A stretch of DNA of 64,000 nucleotides, taken from the IMG/VR virus record IMGVR_UViG_3300030329_001671, positions 1 to 64,000 of that record. One strand, 5' to 3'. The notes under the pieces were generated by a model that saw only the letters and a list, made by a program, of their open reading frames with translations, ran no database searches and was not told the DNA's origin. Source of the stretch: a virus. Shown in pieces: positions 37,574 to 47,444 of the stretch. Every line of letters begins with the position of its first letter. Position 1 is the first letter of the stretch. The translations under genes and the position numbers were made by a program.

Positions 37574-39263
37574 CGCTTCAAAAAGCGAAAACGCTAAATT
37601 ATCTTGGTCAGAAGCCGTTAATGAACTAGTTTCAGATTTAACTAATGATACTAGTATCGAGGTTCCGGAAACTTTTAAAGAATTTGTCTCAACAATTTGG
37701 AAATTTAGTTTCCCCCACCCCGAATTATTCGACATTTGGCATGTTGGTTTTATTTGCGATGAGTTAGATAGAGCCTTAGATGAGGGACAAAACTTTATTT
37801 GTGTGCTTCCCCGTGGACACTGGAAATCTACGATTTTAGGTCATGGGTATACGATTTGGCAATTAATGAGGACTCCTTCTAATAGTAAGAGTCTGTTGTA
37901 TGCTTCTTACAACCACGATATGGTAAGATACCATGTTAGAACTATGAAAGATGAGATACGAGCAAATCCTATTTTGTCTAATGAGTGGTTTACTAGAGAT
38001 TTGGCTAGAGGAGCAGATAACTCCATACGATACCAAACCGCAGATGGGGGTATTGTACGAGTAGAAATGGCAGGAGTAACTCAGTTTAAACGAGGACTTC
38101 ACACTAATGCTGGAATGGTAGTAGACGACATACTAAAAGATGCTAACTCTCCTACTGATCCCGGTGAATTGCCTAAAATTAAAGATTTATTCTTTAGGGC
38201 GTTGATGCCTATTCCTAACCCCGGAACTCCTACAGTTGTAGTGGGAACGCCAATGGCACCCGGCGACTTGATGGCTACGCTTATAGACGATGAAAAATTT
38301 AATAGTGTAGTACTACCTGCATTTGACCCTGTACCCGGTAGACATGTTTTAGCTCCAGAAATTCGGGATAAAGAGTGGCTAGAAGCGTACAAAAAGAGTA
38401 ACCGTAGTTCTTTTGCCTCAGAATATATGCTACAACCCCATTTTGGAACGGATGGGTATTTCACAGAAGAAGAAATTGAAAAGTGCGAAGATGAATCGCT
38501 GAAAATTTACAGGAGAACTCTAGATCACGCCGACGACTTAACTGAGGATTATGAATGGGTAGTAGCTGGATATGATGTAGGAAAACGTCGCCACCCTGCC
38601 CATTTAGCTATTTTTGGAAAGCGTAAAACGGACGGACACATTGTTCAATTGTACCACGAGTTTATACGGGGCATGTCGTATCAGGCGCAGGTTGACATAT
38701 TAAATCAGGTAGCGACTAATTTTCAAATAGATAAAGGTTTTATTGATAACACAGACAGGGCGTTAGAAGAAAGGGGTTTGCAAACCGATCACGAGCAAGG
38801 ATTAAGTGATAAAGAAAATACTGAACGAGTTAGACATTTAAGAGGGTTGAATAGAAAGTGGGATTTGATGCACTTTAGCCGTAGAGCCAAAAACAACATG
38901 GCTACAAAATTTGAACATTATGTTGTTAGCGAAAAACTTCATTTATTACCTGATGCTGTACAGAAAGAGCAAATTTTGGTGGTAAATAGAGATTTATACG
39001 CAGCGGAGACACCTAACGGTCACGGAGACTCTTTTTGGAGCATAGGATTGGCCTGTTTAGCAGCCGATAAGTTAGAAGGGCCTGCGTCGTATACAGGGGT
39101 AGGTGACGCTCAAGTTTTCTCCGGAAATTCGGTCGAAAATAGCGAACCAGTAGCCGATCATCCAGCGTATAATAATGACATGCCTGAAGACGAAGAGCTG
39201 ACTGCTGCGCTGGGCAATATTTACGCTAAAGCCGTTGAAATGTACGGCGAAGAATCCCTATAG
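37554..39263 (+). CDS. terL: Terminase large subunit
   Basis: PRGHWKST Walker A, VVDD, VGTP, AGYDVG nuclease, HGDSFW. Confidence 0.88.
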   Translation: MRTLMVNASKSENAKLSWSEAVNELVSDLTNDTSIEVPETFKEFVSTIWKFSFPHPELFDIWHVGFICDELDRALDEGQNFICVLPRGHWKSTILGHGYTIWQLMRTPSNSKSLLYASYNHDMVRYHVRTMKDEIRANPILSNEWFTRDLARGADNSIRYQTADGGIVRVEMAGVTQFKRGLHTNAGMVVDDILKDANSPTDPGELPKIKDLFFRALMPIPNPGTPTVVVGTPMAPGDLMATLIDDEKFNSVVLPAFDPVPGRHVLAPEIRDKEWLEAYKKSNRSSFASEYMLQPHFGTDGYFTEEEIEKCEDESLKIYRRTLDHADDLTEDYEWVVAGYDVGKRRHPAHLAIFGKRKTDGHIVQLYHEFIRGMSYQAQVDILNQVATNFQIDKGFIDNTDRALEERGLQTDHEQGLSDKENTERVRHLRGLNRKWDLMHFSRRAKNNMATKFEHYVVSEKLHLLPDAVQKEQILVVNRDLYAAETPNGHGDSFWSIGLACLAADKLEGPASYTGVGDAQVFSGNSVENSEPVADHPAYNNDMPEDEELTAALGNIYAKAVEMYGEESL

Positions 39264-39273
39264 GAGAACCTCT

Positions 39274-41592
39274 GTGACGACACTTATTGCCCATCCCCAA
39301 GTACAGACAGAATCACACACTAATTCAGAAGACCACATCCACGACCATTCAGCACATACCCCCATTCAACTCTCTCCAAGTTTCTTAGATAAATACGAAT
39401 CGCAAGATTCTCCACTAAGTCCTATGGGATCTTTTGTATTTTATAGAACTTATTCTAGATTTTCTAATAAATTAGGTAGGCGAGAGACTTGGTTAGAGGC
39501 ATGTAAGCGAGCGATAGAGTATAACGTTGGATTGGCGTATACGCACCTTGAAAAAATCGGATACACTCCAGATGTAGATAAGTTGAATAAGGAAGCGGAA
39601 TCTTTATTCGATTCAATGTATAACACAAAACAGTTTGTTAGCGGGCGAACTCTTTGGATAGGCGGAGGAGAAAATCACGTTGCAGATAAGTATCCTCTAG
39701 CCAATTATAATTGTTCTTTTACCGCTATAGAAAAATGGGGAGATTTAGCCGATCTATTTTACCTCCTATTAGTGGGGACAGGCGTAGGATTCAAATGCAC
39801 CCCCGAAATGGCAGAAAATCTTCCTCCGATTAGAGCGAATATCGAAGTTTTGCATGATGATTATGTACCCGCTGCTCCCGAAAAACGTTTAGAAAACACT
39901 AAATGGATAGACTTAGAGCAAGGGTATGCCAAGATTTACATTGGGGACTCTAAGGAGGGCTGGGTTGAAGCCTTACGATTGTTCCTAAAGATTCTGACTG
40001 AATATGAGTATGAACACATCAAAACAGTCAAATTTGATTATAACTCTGTTCGACCTAGAGGTGAAAAACTTAAGACTTTTGGAGGAACCGCATCAGGACC
40101 CGAACCTTTGAGGGAAATGTTCGATGGATTCCATCAAGTACTCACAAATCAAATTGACCCTCACCTTGAACCACTACAAAGGGTTTATCAGGGCTATTAC
40201 AAAGTCCGCCCTATTCATATATTAGATATGGGTAACTTGATAGGCAATAACGTAGTAGTCGGGGGAGTCCGACGTACGGCAGAAATTTTTCTGATGGGTG
40301 AAGGTGATTATGAGTCACTACTAGCTAAATACGCCATAAATGGTCTTTGGACAGATGAGCAATTTGAAGCCCACGACAAGTTAGGGAAACAATTAGAAAA
40401 TATAGGTGAAAAACCTGCTTGGTGGGATTCTCTAAAGTTAGAGAATGGTCAAAATTCTAGAGAAGGATTAGATCATCGAAGGATGTCTAATAACTCTATA
40501 GTATTTTCCGACCAGCCAGATAAGCAATATCTTGACATGGTTTTTGATATGATGCGTTATGAGGGCGAACCCGGATTCTTTAATGAAGAAGAAGCATCTA
40601 GACGACGACCTAATGCTGTGGGAACCAATCCTTGTGGAGAAATTCTTTTAGATAGTCATGGTGTATGTAACCTCACTACAGTAAACATGTCAGCCTTTGT
40701 AGAAAATGGTGACTTGGATATAGATGGTCTAATCGAGGCTCAAAAAATGTCCGCTAGGGCAGGTTTACGTATGACGTTGGTGGATTTGGAGTTGCCCGCA
40801 TGGAATCTAGTCCAACAGAGGGATAGATTACTAGGAACATCTCTAACTGGAGTCAAAGATGCGTTTTCTGCTGTATCATATAGTAAGAGTGAACAAAATT
40901 CTGTTTTGCAGCGTCTACGAGAAGCTGCCAATTCGGAGGCCATCAGATATTCTAAGGAGTTGAGAGTTAACTCGCCTTTGTTGGTAACAACCGTAAAACC
41001 TGAGGGAACGTTAAGTTTGGTAGCCGGGGGAGTCTCGGCGGGAATTCACATGTCCCACAGCCCATACTACATTCGCCGTATGCGTATTAGTTCGATTGAC
41101 CCCATGGTACAGGTAATTCGGGAATTAGATTGGCCTATATCTCCAGAAGTTGGAACTCCGGGAGATAGTTTAGAAGAAAAAATGAATAATGCTAGAACTC
41201 TAGTTATAGATTTTCCAGTTAAAGCTAGTAGCACAGATACTAAAAACAATGTGTCTCTAGCAGATCAAATGGATACGTATTTTCAGTTTCAGGACAATTA
41301 TACCGACCACAATACTTCCATAACCATGACTGTAAAGAACGATGAATGGGATTTAGCTAAAGAATTAGCATGGAAAAATTGGGATAAATGGATGGGAGCA
41401 TCCTTTTTAGCCCATGATGGAGGAACTTACGAGTTGGCTCCGTATGAGGAAATCACTGAAGAGGAGTATAATAATATTAGTGCGTCATTTAGAGAATTCG
41501 ATCCAACTTTGTTATATAAGTACGAATCGGTGGAAGTAGACACCGAACTCATAGACGAAGCGTGTGAGTCGGGAGTATGCCCGATTAGATAA
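39274..41592 (+). CDS. nrdJ: Class II (adenosylcobalamin) ribonucleotide reductase, monomeric RTPR type
   Basis: RTYSR, SGR.LW, NCSF, GGVRRTA, TNPCGEI, TTVKPEGT, C-terminal CESGVCPIR; GTG start after AGGAG. Confidence 0.92.
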   Translation: MTTLIAHPQVQTESHTNSEDHIHDHSAHTPIQLSPSFLDKYESQDSPLSPMGSFVFYRTYSRFSNKLGRRETWLEACKRAIEYNVGLAYTHLEKIGYTPDVDKLNKEAESLFDSMYNTKQFVSGRTLWIGGGENHVADKYPLANYNCSFTAIEKWGDLADLFYLLLVGTGVGFKCTPEMAENLPPIRANIEVLHDDYVPAAPEKRLENTKWIDLEQGYAKIYIGDSKEGWVEALRLFLKILTEYEYEHIKTVKFDYNSVRPRGEKLKTFGGTASGPEPLREMFDGFHQVLTNQIDPHLEPLQRVYQGYYKVRPIHILDMGNLIGNNVVVGGVRRTAEIFLMGEGDYESLLAKYAINGLWTDEQFEAHDKLGKQLENIGEKPAWWDSLKLENGQNSREGLDHRRMSNNSIVFSDQPDKQYLDMVFDMMRYEGEPGFFNEEEASRRRPNAVGTNPCGEILLDSHGVCNLTTVNMSAFVENGDLDIDGLIEAQKMSARAGLRMTLVDLELPAWNLVQQRDRLLGTSLTGVKDAFSAVSYSKSEQNSVLQRLREAANSEAIRYSKELRVNSPLLVTTVKPEGTLSLVAGGVSAGIHMSHSPYYIRRMRISSIDPMVQVIRELDWPISPEVGTPGDSLEEKMNNARTLVIDFPVKASSTDTKNNVSLADQMDTYFQFQDNYTDHNTSITMTVKNDEWDLAKELAWKNWDKWMGASFLAHDGGTYELAPYEEITEEEYNNISASFREFDPTLLYKYESVEVDTELIDEACESGVCPIR

Positions 41593-41602
41593 GGAGGCTA
41601 TT

Positions 41603-42082
41603 ATGCCGGCAGGAGAGCAGTTACGTCAAAGAACGCAGCAGTTTGCAGTAAAGTACGATGAAGCTAGCCATATATGGAGAATTCTCGATACATGGAATAA
41701 ATCTTTAGAAGCTTTACAGGCAACCGATGAAATTCCAGACGATCATCCCGCTATGGTGCTATTACCCATGGCAGGTATGATTGAGGTTGTAAGGGTAGCG
41801 GAGGAGTTAAATTTACTCGAACATATGTTTGGGGGAGTTTCCGAGGATGAGTTGGCGGAGGTGGAGGAGCGATTAGCCGCTTCTGAAGCCACAGTAAAAA
41901 CTTTGAAAGAGCAATTAGACTTAGCCAGAACGTCTAAGCCTGATTCTAGTGAACCAGAAATTGTAAAGGAAGCATTATCCGATCAATCTCAGGTAGCTAT
42001 GGCAGCTATACACGCTCTTACACAAATAACAGGCCAAAGTCAGATCGACAAGGTGGTAAATGGCAGGACGACTAACCCTTAA
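41603..42082 (+). CDS. Hypothetical coiled-coil protein
   Basis: AAGGAGG RBS before ATG 41603. Confidence 0.6.
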   Translation: MPAGEQLRQRTQQFAVKYDEASHIWRILDTWNKSLEALQATDEIPDDHPAMVLLPMAGMIEVVRVAEELNLLEHMFGGVSEDELAEVEERLAASEATVKTLKEQLDLARTSKPDSSEPEIVKEALSDQSQVAMAAIHALTQITGQSQIDKVVNGRTTNP

Positions 42083-44066
42083 TGATTTTGCTCCAGAAGC
42101 TGGTCATTTAGCCCAAAAGGAATATGAGCTCAGTAGCCTTCTTAATACTATGGGGCAACAGGCTCTAATAAATAAAAGCGGAGAAACTTACAGAAACCCA
42201 ACTTTTGGGGTAGATCAAGTAGTAAACGTTTGGGTTCAACAACAAGCTGCCTTTAGGCAGCATATGATTCAGGATATCCAGCAGATTGCACAATCTGTGG
42301 AAGAAGTTAGATCTCCTGTCAACCATATTATTTCAGAAATTTTCCGTCGTGGTGTAACGTGGCAACCAGCGTTTGCCGTTAAATGTAGTAGTTGTTCCAC
42401 GGAATATAAAAACAAGCCTGAGGCGTGTACTAATAAGGGTTGTGATTACGAAGGAAGTTCAGAAACTCTCGTAGAACCTGATGCCGATCAATACCAAAAA
42501 CTCAAGTCTTTTATAACTGATTGTAACGTCTTCGACCAAACTCTAGAGGATGTTCTTAGGGAATTTTGGTGGGACGTAAACACTATAGACGACGGATTTA
42601 TTTATTTCGCCAAAGAATATAAAGATTATGGAGAGAAAGTCCGTTCTAAAGTTATTTCCGTGGAACGATTGAATCCGGCTCTTATCGAGTACGATTTAGA
42701 TAAATCTACAGGTGTTCCTAAAGCATTACATTATGTTTGTTACATTCACAGGGATGCTGCAGCTTCTGAGGTACCCGAAAACTGTAATGCGTGTGGAAAA
42801 CCGTTAGTTCCTGCTATGTTTACTTACCGATATAGAGGTAAGGAAGTTTATCTCTTAGATTCGGAAGTTCTACACGTATCTAAATTTATGCCCACCCGAA
42901 CTTACGGGTGGTCACCAGTTCTAACGCTATTTGATAAAGTCTTAACGATTATCGGTATGGATAAGACTCTTTACCGTTACTTCTTTGAGCGTAAGATGCC
43001 CGCATCCATGATTTTGATTTCTACGGATGATCCGGATAGTTTGAGGGCAGAACGGGAGCGGGTAGAACAAGAAATTCGACAAAACCCAGAATATATTCCT
43101 ATGATTGCAGTTAGCAACGAATCTCAACGTGGAAAGGTTGACATGATTCGTTTGTTCCACAATTTGCAAGAAATGGACTATTTACCTGTTAGACAGGAAA
43201 TTAGGGAAAGAATTGCAGCTATGTGGGGTGTAACTCCTGCATGGCAGGGTGCGCCTGAAGGATTCGGCGGACTATCGACCCAAACTCAGCAACTAGTTGT
43301 CATGAGCAGAGTGGTTGAGGGCGACCAACGTATTTTCCACGAAAAGGTATTCCCGATTATCTTGGATATGTTTGGAATTACTGACTGGAAGCTAGAGTTA
43401 CTCACTCCAGAAGAAAAAGCCGAAGCTACCCAACTTCAGTTCGTACAACAAAAAGTTATGATTGCGAGCCAATTGCTACAAGAAGGATATGACGTAAAAT
43501 TGAAGTCTTTGGACTCTGGAATAATGAGTTTGGACTTTGAAATATCTGGAAAGGGTCTAGGACCTAAAGAGCAGATGGAGATGCAACAGCAACAAATGAT
43601 GGGTGGCGGTATGGAAGGCATGGGAATGAGTATGGAAGGCATGCCTGATGGTATGGGCGACGCTGAACAAGGTATGACTGAACCTCCAGTTGCTCAAGGG
43701 CAACCCGGAATAGGTGGAGCAGGTAGAGACCAGACAGGTCAAATGGATTCTGGTGTTCCCGAAATGCAACCGAACATCCAAAATGCCTTTAATAGTAATT
43801 ACAATGGCACAAAAACGATGTTGAAACAAGTTATAGATAGGGGACATATCCCAGAAATACAAGATGTTACTACCGATATGGGTAAAATGTGGTTCAAGTC
43901 TAGCGGAGATGATTACGTCGCTACGTTTAATAAAACTGGTGATTTGATGGATATCGAACCTGCCCATTTCCCTAAACCCCCAGAAGATAGGGGTAAAAAC
44001 AAGCAAATGAATGCTATATACCAACCAGATAAATTAGACTTGCCGGATGGACTAGATGACCTCTAA
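42060..44066 (+). CDS. Portal protein with zinc-ribbon insertions
   Basis: E.LH.....P....YGWSP, RERIAAMWGVTP portal motifs; position after TerL. Confidence 0.8.
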   Translation: MAGRLTLNDFAPEAGHLAQKEYELSSLLNTMGQQALINKSGETYRNPTFGVDQVVNVWVQQQAAFRQHMIQDIQQIAQSVEEVRSPVNHIISEIFRRGVTWQPAFAVKCSSCSTEYKNKPEACTNKGCDYEGSSETLVEPDADQYQKLKSFITDCNVFDQTLEDVLREFWWDVNTIDDGFIYFAKEYKDYGEKVRSKVISVERLNPALIEYDLDKSTGVPKALHYVCYIHRDAAASEVPENCNACGKPLVPAMFTYRYRGKEVYLLDSEVLHVSKFMPTRTYGWSPVLTLFDKVLTIIGMDKTLYRYFFERKMPASMILISTDDPDSLRAERERVEQEIRQNPEYIPMIAVSNESQRGKVDMIRLFHNLQEMDYLPVRQEIRERIAAMWGVTPAWQGAPEGFGGLSTQTQQLVVMSRVVEGDQRIFHEKVFPIILDMFGITDWKLELLTPEEKAEATQLQFVQQKVMIASQLLQEGYDVKLKSLDSGIMSLDFEISGKGLGPKEQMEMQQQQMMGGGMEGMGMSMEGMPDGMGDAEQGMTEPPVAQGQPGIGGAGRDQTGQMDSGVPEMQPNIQNAFNSNYNGTKTMLKQVIDRGHIPEIQDVTTDMGKMWFKSSGDDYVATFNKTGDLMDIEPAHFPKPPEDRGKNKQMNAIYQPDKLDLPDGLDDL

Positions 44067-46683
44067 AAAATTAGAGAAATTTAAGGCTTTCTTGCAAAAA
44101 GAAGGTGGTGGTAACGGTGGAGGCGGCTCTGGCGGTGATGGTGGTGGCGGTCTTGCGGGAACAGTTTTTACGGTAGAATCTTCAGGATTTGTTCCTACTT
44201 ATGGTGGGGGTAAAAGAAAAAAGCCTAAGAAACGGGATATCAAGAAAAATACTCCCGAAGGGTTTGCTGAGGAATTGATGCAGTACGCCTTAGATAAGTC
44301 TATGGAATTAAAGAAAAATATGGCTCTAGGTATAGGACAGAAAGATGTAAGGAACACTGACTTAGGACAGTCTTCTAGAAGTGGAGATAATAGGAAATAT
44401 ACTCGCACCGCCGACGTAGGAGGAAAGAATCAGTACAAAGTTCTAAATCCTCCCGAAATTCCCTTTCAACATGACCCAGTTCTGTCTTGGGAAGATATTT
44501 TCCAAAAAGCTGAAGATGAAGATTTACAAATAACGGCTAAAGTTCTTATACGTGATGAGTCAGACAAAGTTTTAATTTTAAAGGATAGTTTCTCCGATTG
44601 GTGGGATTTACCGGGTGGACATATACACACCGAAGAAACTCCCGAAGAGGGAGCGTTGAGGGAAGTTGAAGAAGAAACGGGAATAAAGCTAAATGATGTC
44701 GATTTGGTTATAGGTCAAGAAGTTGAAACTGATTTAGGGCGTAAACTAGGGCTATTTCTAGTTGCTTATGTACCTTTAGACTCACCTAAACCCCTCCTTA
44801 GCGACGAGCATACGGACTATGCTTGGATAAACATGGAATCTACCTATTACTATAAATTAGGTGTTTGGGGTCCGATTATACGATATATCCTAAGATTTTT
44901 ATTTGAAGGCGCACATGAGGAAGATAATCCTTATGTGGAAACCCAATCGGCAGCTTTAGAGCGTTTAGATAAAGCTATGGTAATCCATACAGACGAATCT
45001 GGTGATAAAACCGCTTTGGCATCAGATGGAGTGTATTTGGTCAAAAGTGATGGAAAAGTGTTCAAACAAGAACCGTGGCCAGCATCGGAAGAAACTGGAG
45101 ACTTGTTGAATATAGAGGAGGATGATTTTCTCAACCATAGTTGGGTGTTGGAAAAGCGAAAAGATACTCCGATTCCTATGAAATTTTACCGGCCGATTTC
45201 AGAAGAGCATGACCAAATTGTAAATCGCCCATTTAAGCTATTGAGAGGCTCCCCTAAAGATTATGTTGTAGCCAAACCTCCCGCTCCCAACTCTGGAGAA
45301 GTTTTAGAAGATTTAGAACAAATTCAAGCGGATTTTAGAGCTTTATCTGAGAAAGGTCAGGAGCGGTTAAAAGAACAATTAGATATGGCTGATGAAGAGA
45401 TACTAAAACCTTTTTTGAGGTACGGCTTAGACCACGGGTTAGATTTAGGTGATTATGTGCCTATGTTGGAGGATTTTCTATCCGACATAAACACTATAGT
45501 TATGAGTAAAAAATATCAAATAAATTACCCTAGACCGTGGCAGTATGAAATGGATGAGCCTTACTTCATTTATGATGTTGTATCTGCCCTGCGACCGAGT
45601 ATAGACACTCCTTCGTACCCATCAGGACACTCTACCCAATCTTTGGTGGTAGCTGAGATATTAGGAAACTTATTTCCGGGACACGAAGAAAACTTCCAAG
45701 ATATTGCGGAAAGAATAGGTGTCAATAGAGTAAAAGCTGGTTGGCACTTTCCGATGGATCACACCGCCGGCCAGAAATTGGCATTAGAAATTATAGATTC
45801 TTTACCTAATGCTATTCAACTAGAAAAAGATAGAGTTTATCTGAAACCCGGTCAAGAGGCTCCTGAGGGAGTTAAAGTCGAAACGGGACCAGCGGGGGGT
45901 CGTTATTATGATGCCGAGGTTGATCCGGGACTAACGGAACTTGAAGGTCACGAAGAGCGTTCTGAGGCATCTTTCTACGGAGCAGTAGAGGGTAGAGAAC
46001 CGGGGATGACAGATAACTTCAATAAAGACTTCAATGAAGCTTATTTAGATATATCTAATCGAATCGTAGGAGAAATAGGTTTAGACTCAGAGGAATATAG
46101 GAATAAATTACAGGATGCTTTTTCAGAACCAGATGAAAATTTTGTGGATCACTCCGATATGCAATTTTTAGGAGATTGGTCAGGAAGTAGTGTAGAAAAC
46201 AGTTCAATAAGTATGCAATACGCCGCCGCAGAACTGTTCGGAAGTTCTTCGGAAAAATTAGATAACGTTAACTTTTTTAAAGCTACCTACCCAGAAGAAA
46301 CTGTAGAAGACTATAAGTATCCACAAGCTATAAATAGCGCAGGAACGTATCTGAAAGATTTGTATTCCAATACTCAAAGGAGTTTTGAAGAACGGGGTAT
46401 TAAGGAAATTACTTTGTACCGAGGTGTTAACACTAAACGACAAGTTCCCGTGAAATCGGGAGAAAGAGTAGCCATGAAGGATTTACCACTATCTTCTTGG
46501 ACTGCCCATCCGCACGAGTCCACGTATTTTGGAGATGTAGTGGTATCTAGAACATTTGATGTAAAGGATATTATAGCCTCTTGCGTGGACAAGCTTCCAC
46601 TTGGGGAGTTTGAATTTATAGTCCACACCCCAGATGTGGGGGTAGAGTCTACAGTAGAATACGTGTCGCATACAGGCATGTAG
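44056..46683 (+). CDS. Multidomain protein: Nudix + PAP2/haloperoxidase-like + repeat module + ADP-ribosyltransferase
   Basis: Nudix box GGHIHTEETPEEGALREVEEETG; PRP/PSYPSGH/RVKAGWHFPMD; LYRG...SSWT...EFE. Confidence 0.8.
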   Translation: MTSKKLEKFKAFLQKEGGGNGGGGSGGDGGGGLAGTVFTVESSGFVPTYGGGKRKKPKKRDIKKNTPEGFAEELMQYALDKSMELKKNMALGIGQKDVRNTDLGQSSRSGDNRKYTRTADVGGKNQYKVLNPPEIPFQHDPVLSWEDIFQKAEDEDLQITAKVLIRDESDKVLILKDSFSDWWDLPGGHIHTEETPEEGALREVEEETGIKLNDVDLVIGQEVETDLGRKLGLFLVAYVPLDSPKPLLSDEHTDYAWINMESTYYYKLGVWGPIIRYILRFLFEGAHEEDNPYVETQSAALERLDKAMVIHTDESGDKTALASDGVYLVKSDGKVFKQEPWPASEETGDLLNIEEDDFLNHSWVLEKRKDTPIPMKFYRPISEEHDQIVNRPFKLLRGSPKDYVVAKPPAPNSGEVLEDLEQIQADFRALSEKGQERLKEQLDMADEEILKPFLRYGLDHGLDLGDYVPMLEDFLSDINTIVMSKKYQINYPRPWQYEMDEPYFIYDVVSALRPSIDTPSYPSGHSTQSLVVAEILGNLFPGHEENFQDIAERIGVNRVKAGWHFPMDHTAGQKLALEIIDSLPNAIQLEKDRVYLKPGQEAPEGVKVETGPAGGRYYDAEVDPGLTELEGHEERSEASFYGAVEGREPGMTDNFNKDFNEAYLDISNRIVGEIGLDSEEYRNKLQDAFSEPDENFVDHSDMQFLGDWSGSSVENSSISMQYAAAELFGSSSEKLDNVNFFKATYPEETVEDYKYPQAINSAGTYLKDLYSNTQRSFEERGIKEITLYRGVNTKRQVPVKSGERVAMKDLPLSSWTAHPHESTYFGDVVVSRTFDVKDIIASCVDKLPLGEFEFIVHTPDVGVESTVEYVSHTGM

Positions 46684-46691
46684 GATGTGTT

Positions 46692-47429
46692 ATGATGAAA
46701 ACTATTGACATAACGGAACTTGACCCTAGTAATTTGAATTGGTTACGTGCGGGTAAGAAGTCAAAAGAAGCAGAATTGCAGAAAGGAAGGGTTTACTTGA
46801 AACCCGGACAACAAGCCCCTGAGAACGTACAAGTTCAAACTGGTCCTAGAGGCGGTCAGTTTTATGATGAGGCTCCTAGCCAATCAACTGCTGATGAGAC
46901 TGACCCCATCACTATACAACCGGAAGGTTCTATTTCTCCAGAGAATCAGGCGTTGATTGATGACCTAAAGGAAATTGGACAAATAAATCCAATTGATCCC
47001 GATGAAATGATTATTGATAACGTTAAAGTTGGACCGATAAAGGTTTGGAATGATAGAGTTAACCTTACTGGACTTACCTCCCTTGATCCAAGGTCGGGGG
47101 CAGGATCAAAAGCATTGAAACGTATAACCGATTTAGCCGATAAACATGGAGTCACGTTAGAAGATGCGGCTGTCCCGTTCAGAGGGGCTGATGGGGAAAT
47201 GATTCCAAAAGATAAGTTACGGGCGTTTTATTTACGACATGGGTATCAATTTTCAGATCCCAATGATCCAGACAGAATGGTACGTTTTCCCCAACCAACG
47301 GGACCCATTAGAATAAATATAGGCGGTGATGATAGTTGGACATCAGTACCAAGAGATCAAGAATACGGAGAAGACGAAGAAGATGAAGGGTATAATCCTT
47401 TTGCAGGAACAAATGTTTCGATTAGATAA
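46692..47429 (+). CDS. Repeat module + GNAT acetyltransferase
   Basis: RVYLKPG module; RSGAGSKAL...ADKHGV.L...LRAFY.RHGY. Confidence 0.7.
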   Translation: MMKTIDITELDPSNLNWLRAGKKSKEAELQKGRVYLKPGQQAPENVQVQTGPRGGQFYDEAPSQSTADETDPITIQPEGSISPENQALIDDLKEIGQINPIDPDEMIIDNVKVGPIKVWNDRVNLTGLTSLDPRSGAGSKALKRITDLADKHGVTLEDAAVPFRGADGEMIPKDKLRAFYLRHGYQFSDPNDPDRMVRFPQPTGPIRINIGGDDSWTSVPRDQEYGEDEEDEGYNPFAGTNVSIR

Positions 47430-47444
47430 GTAAGCGAGGTTACT

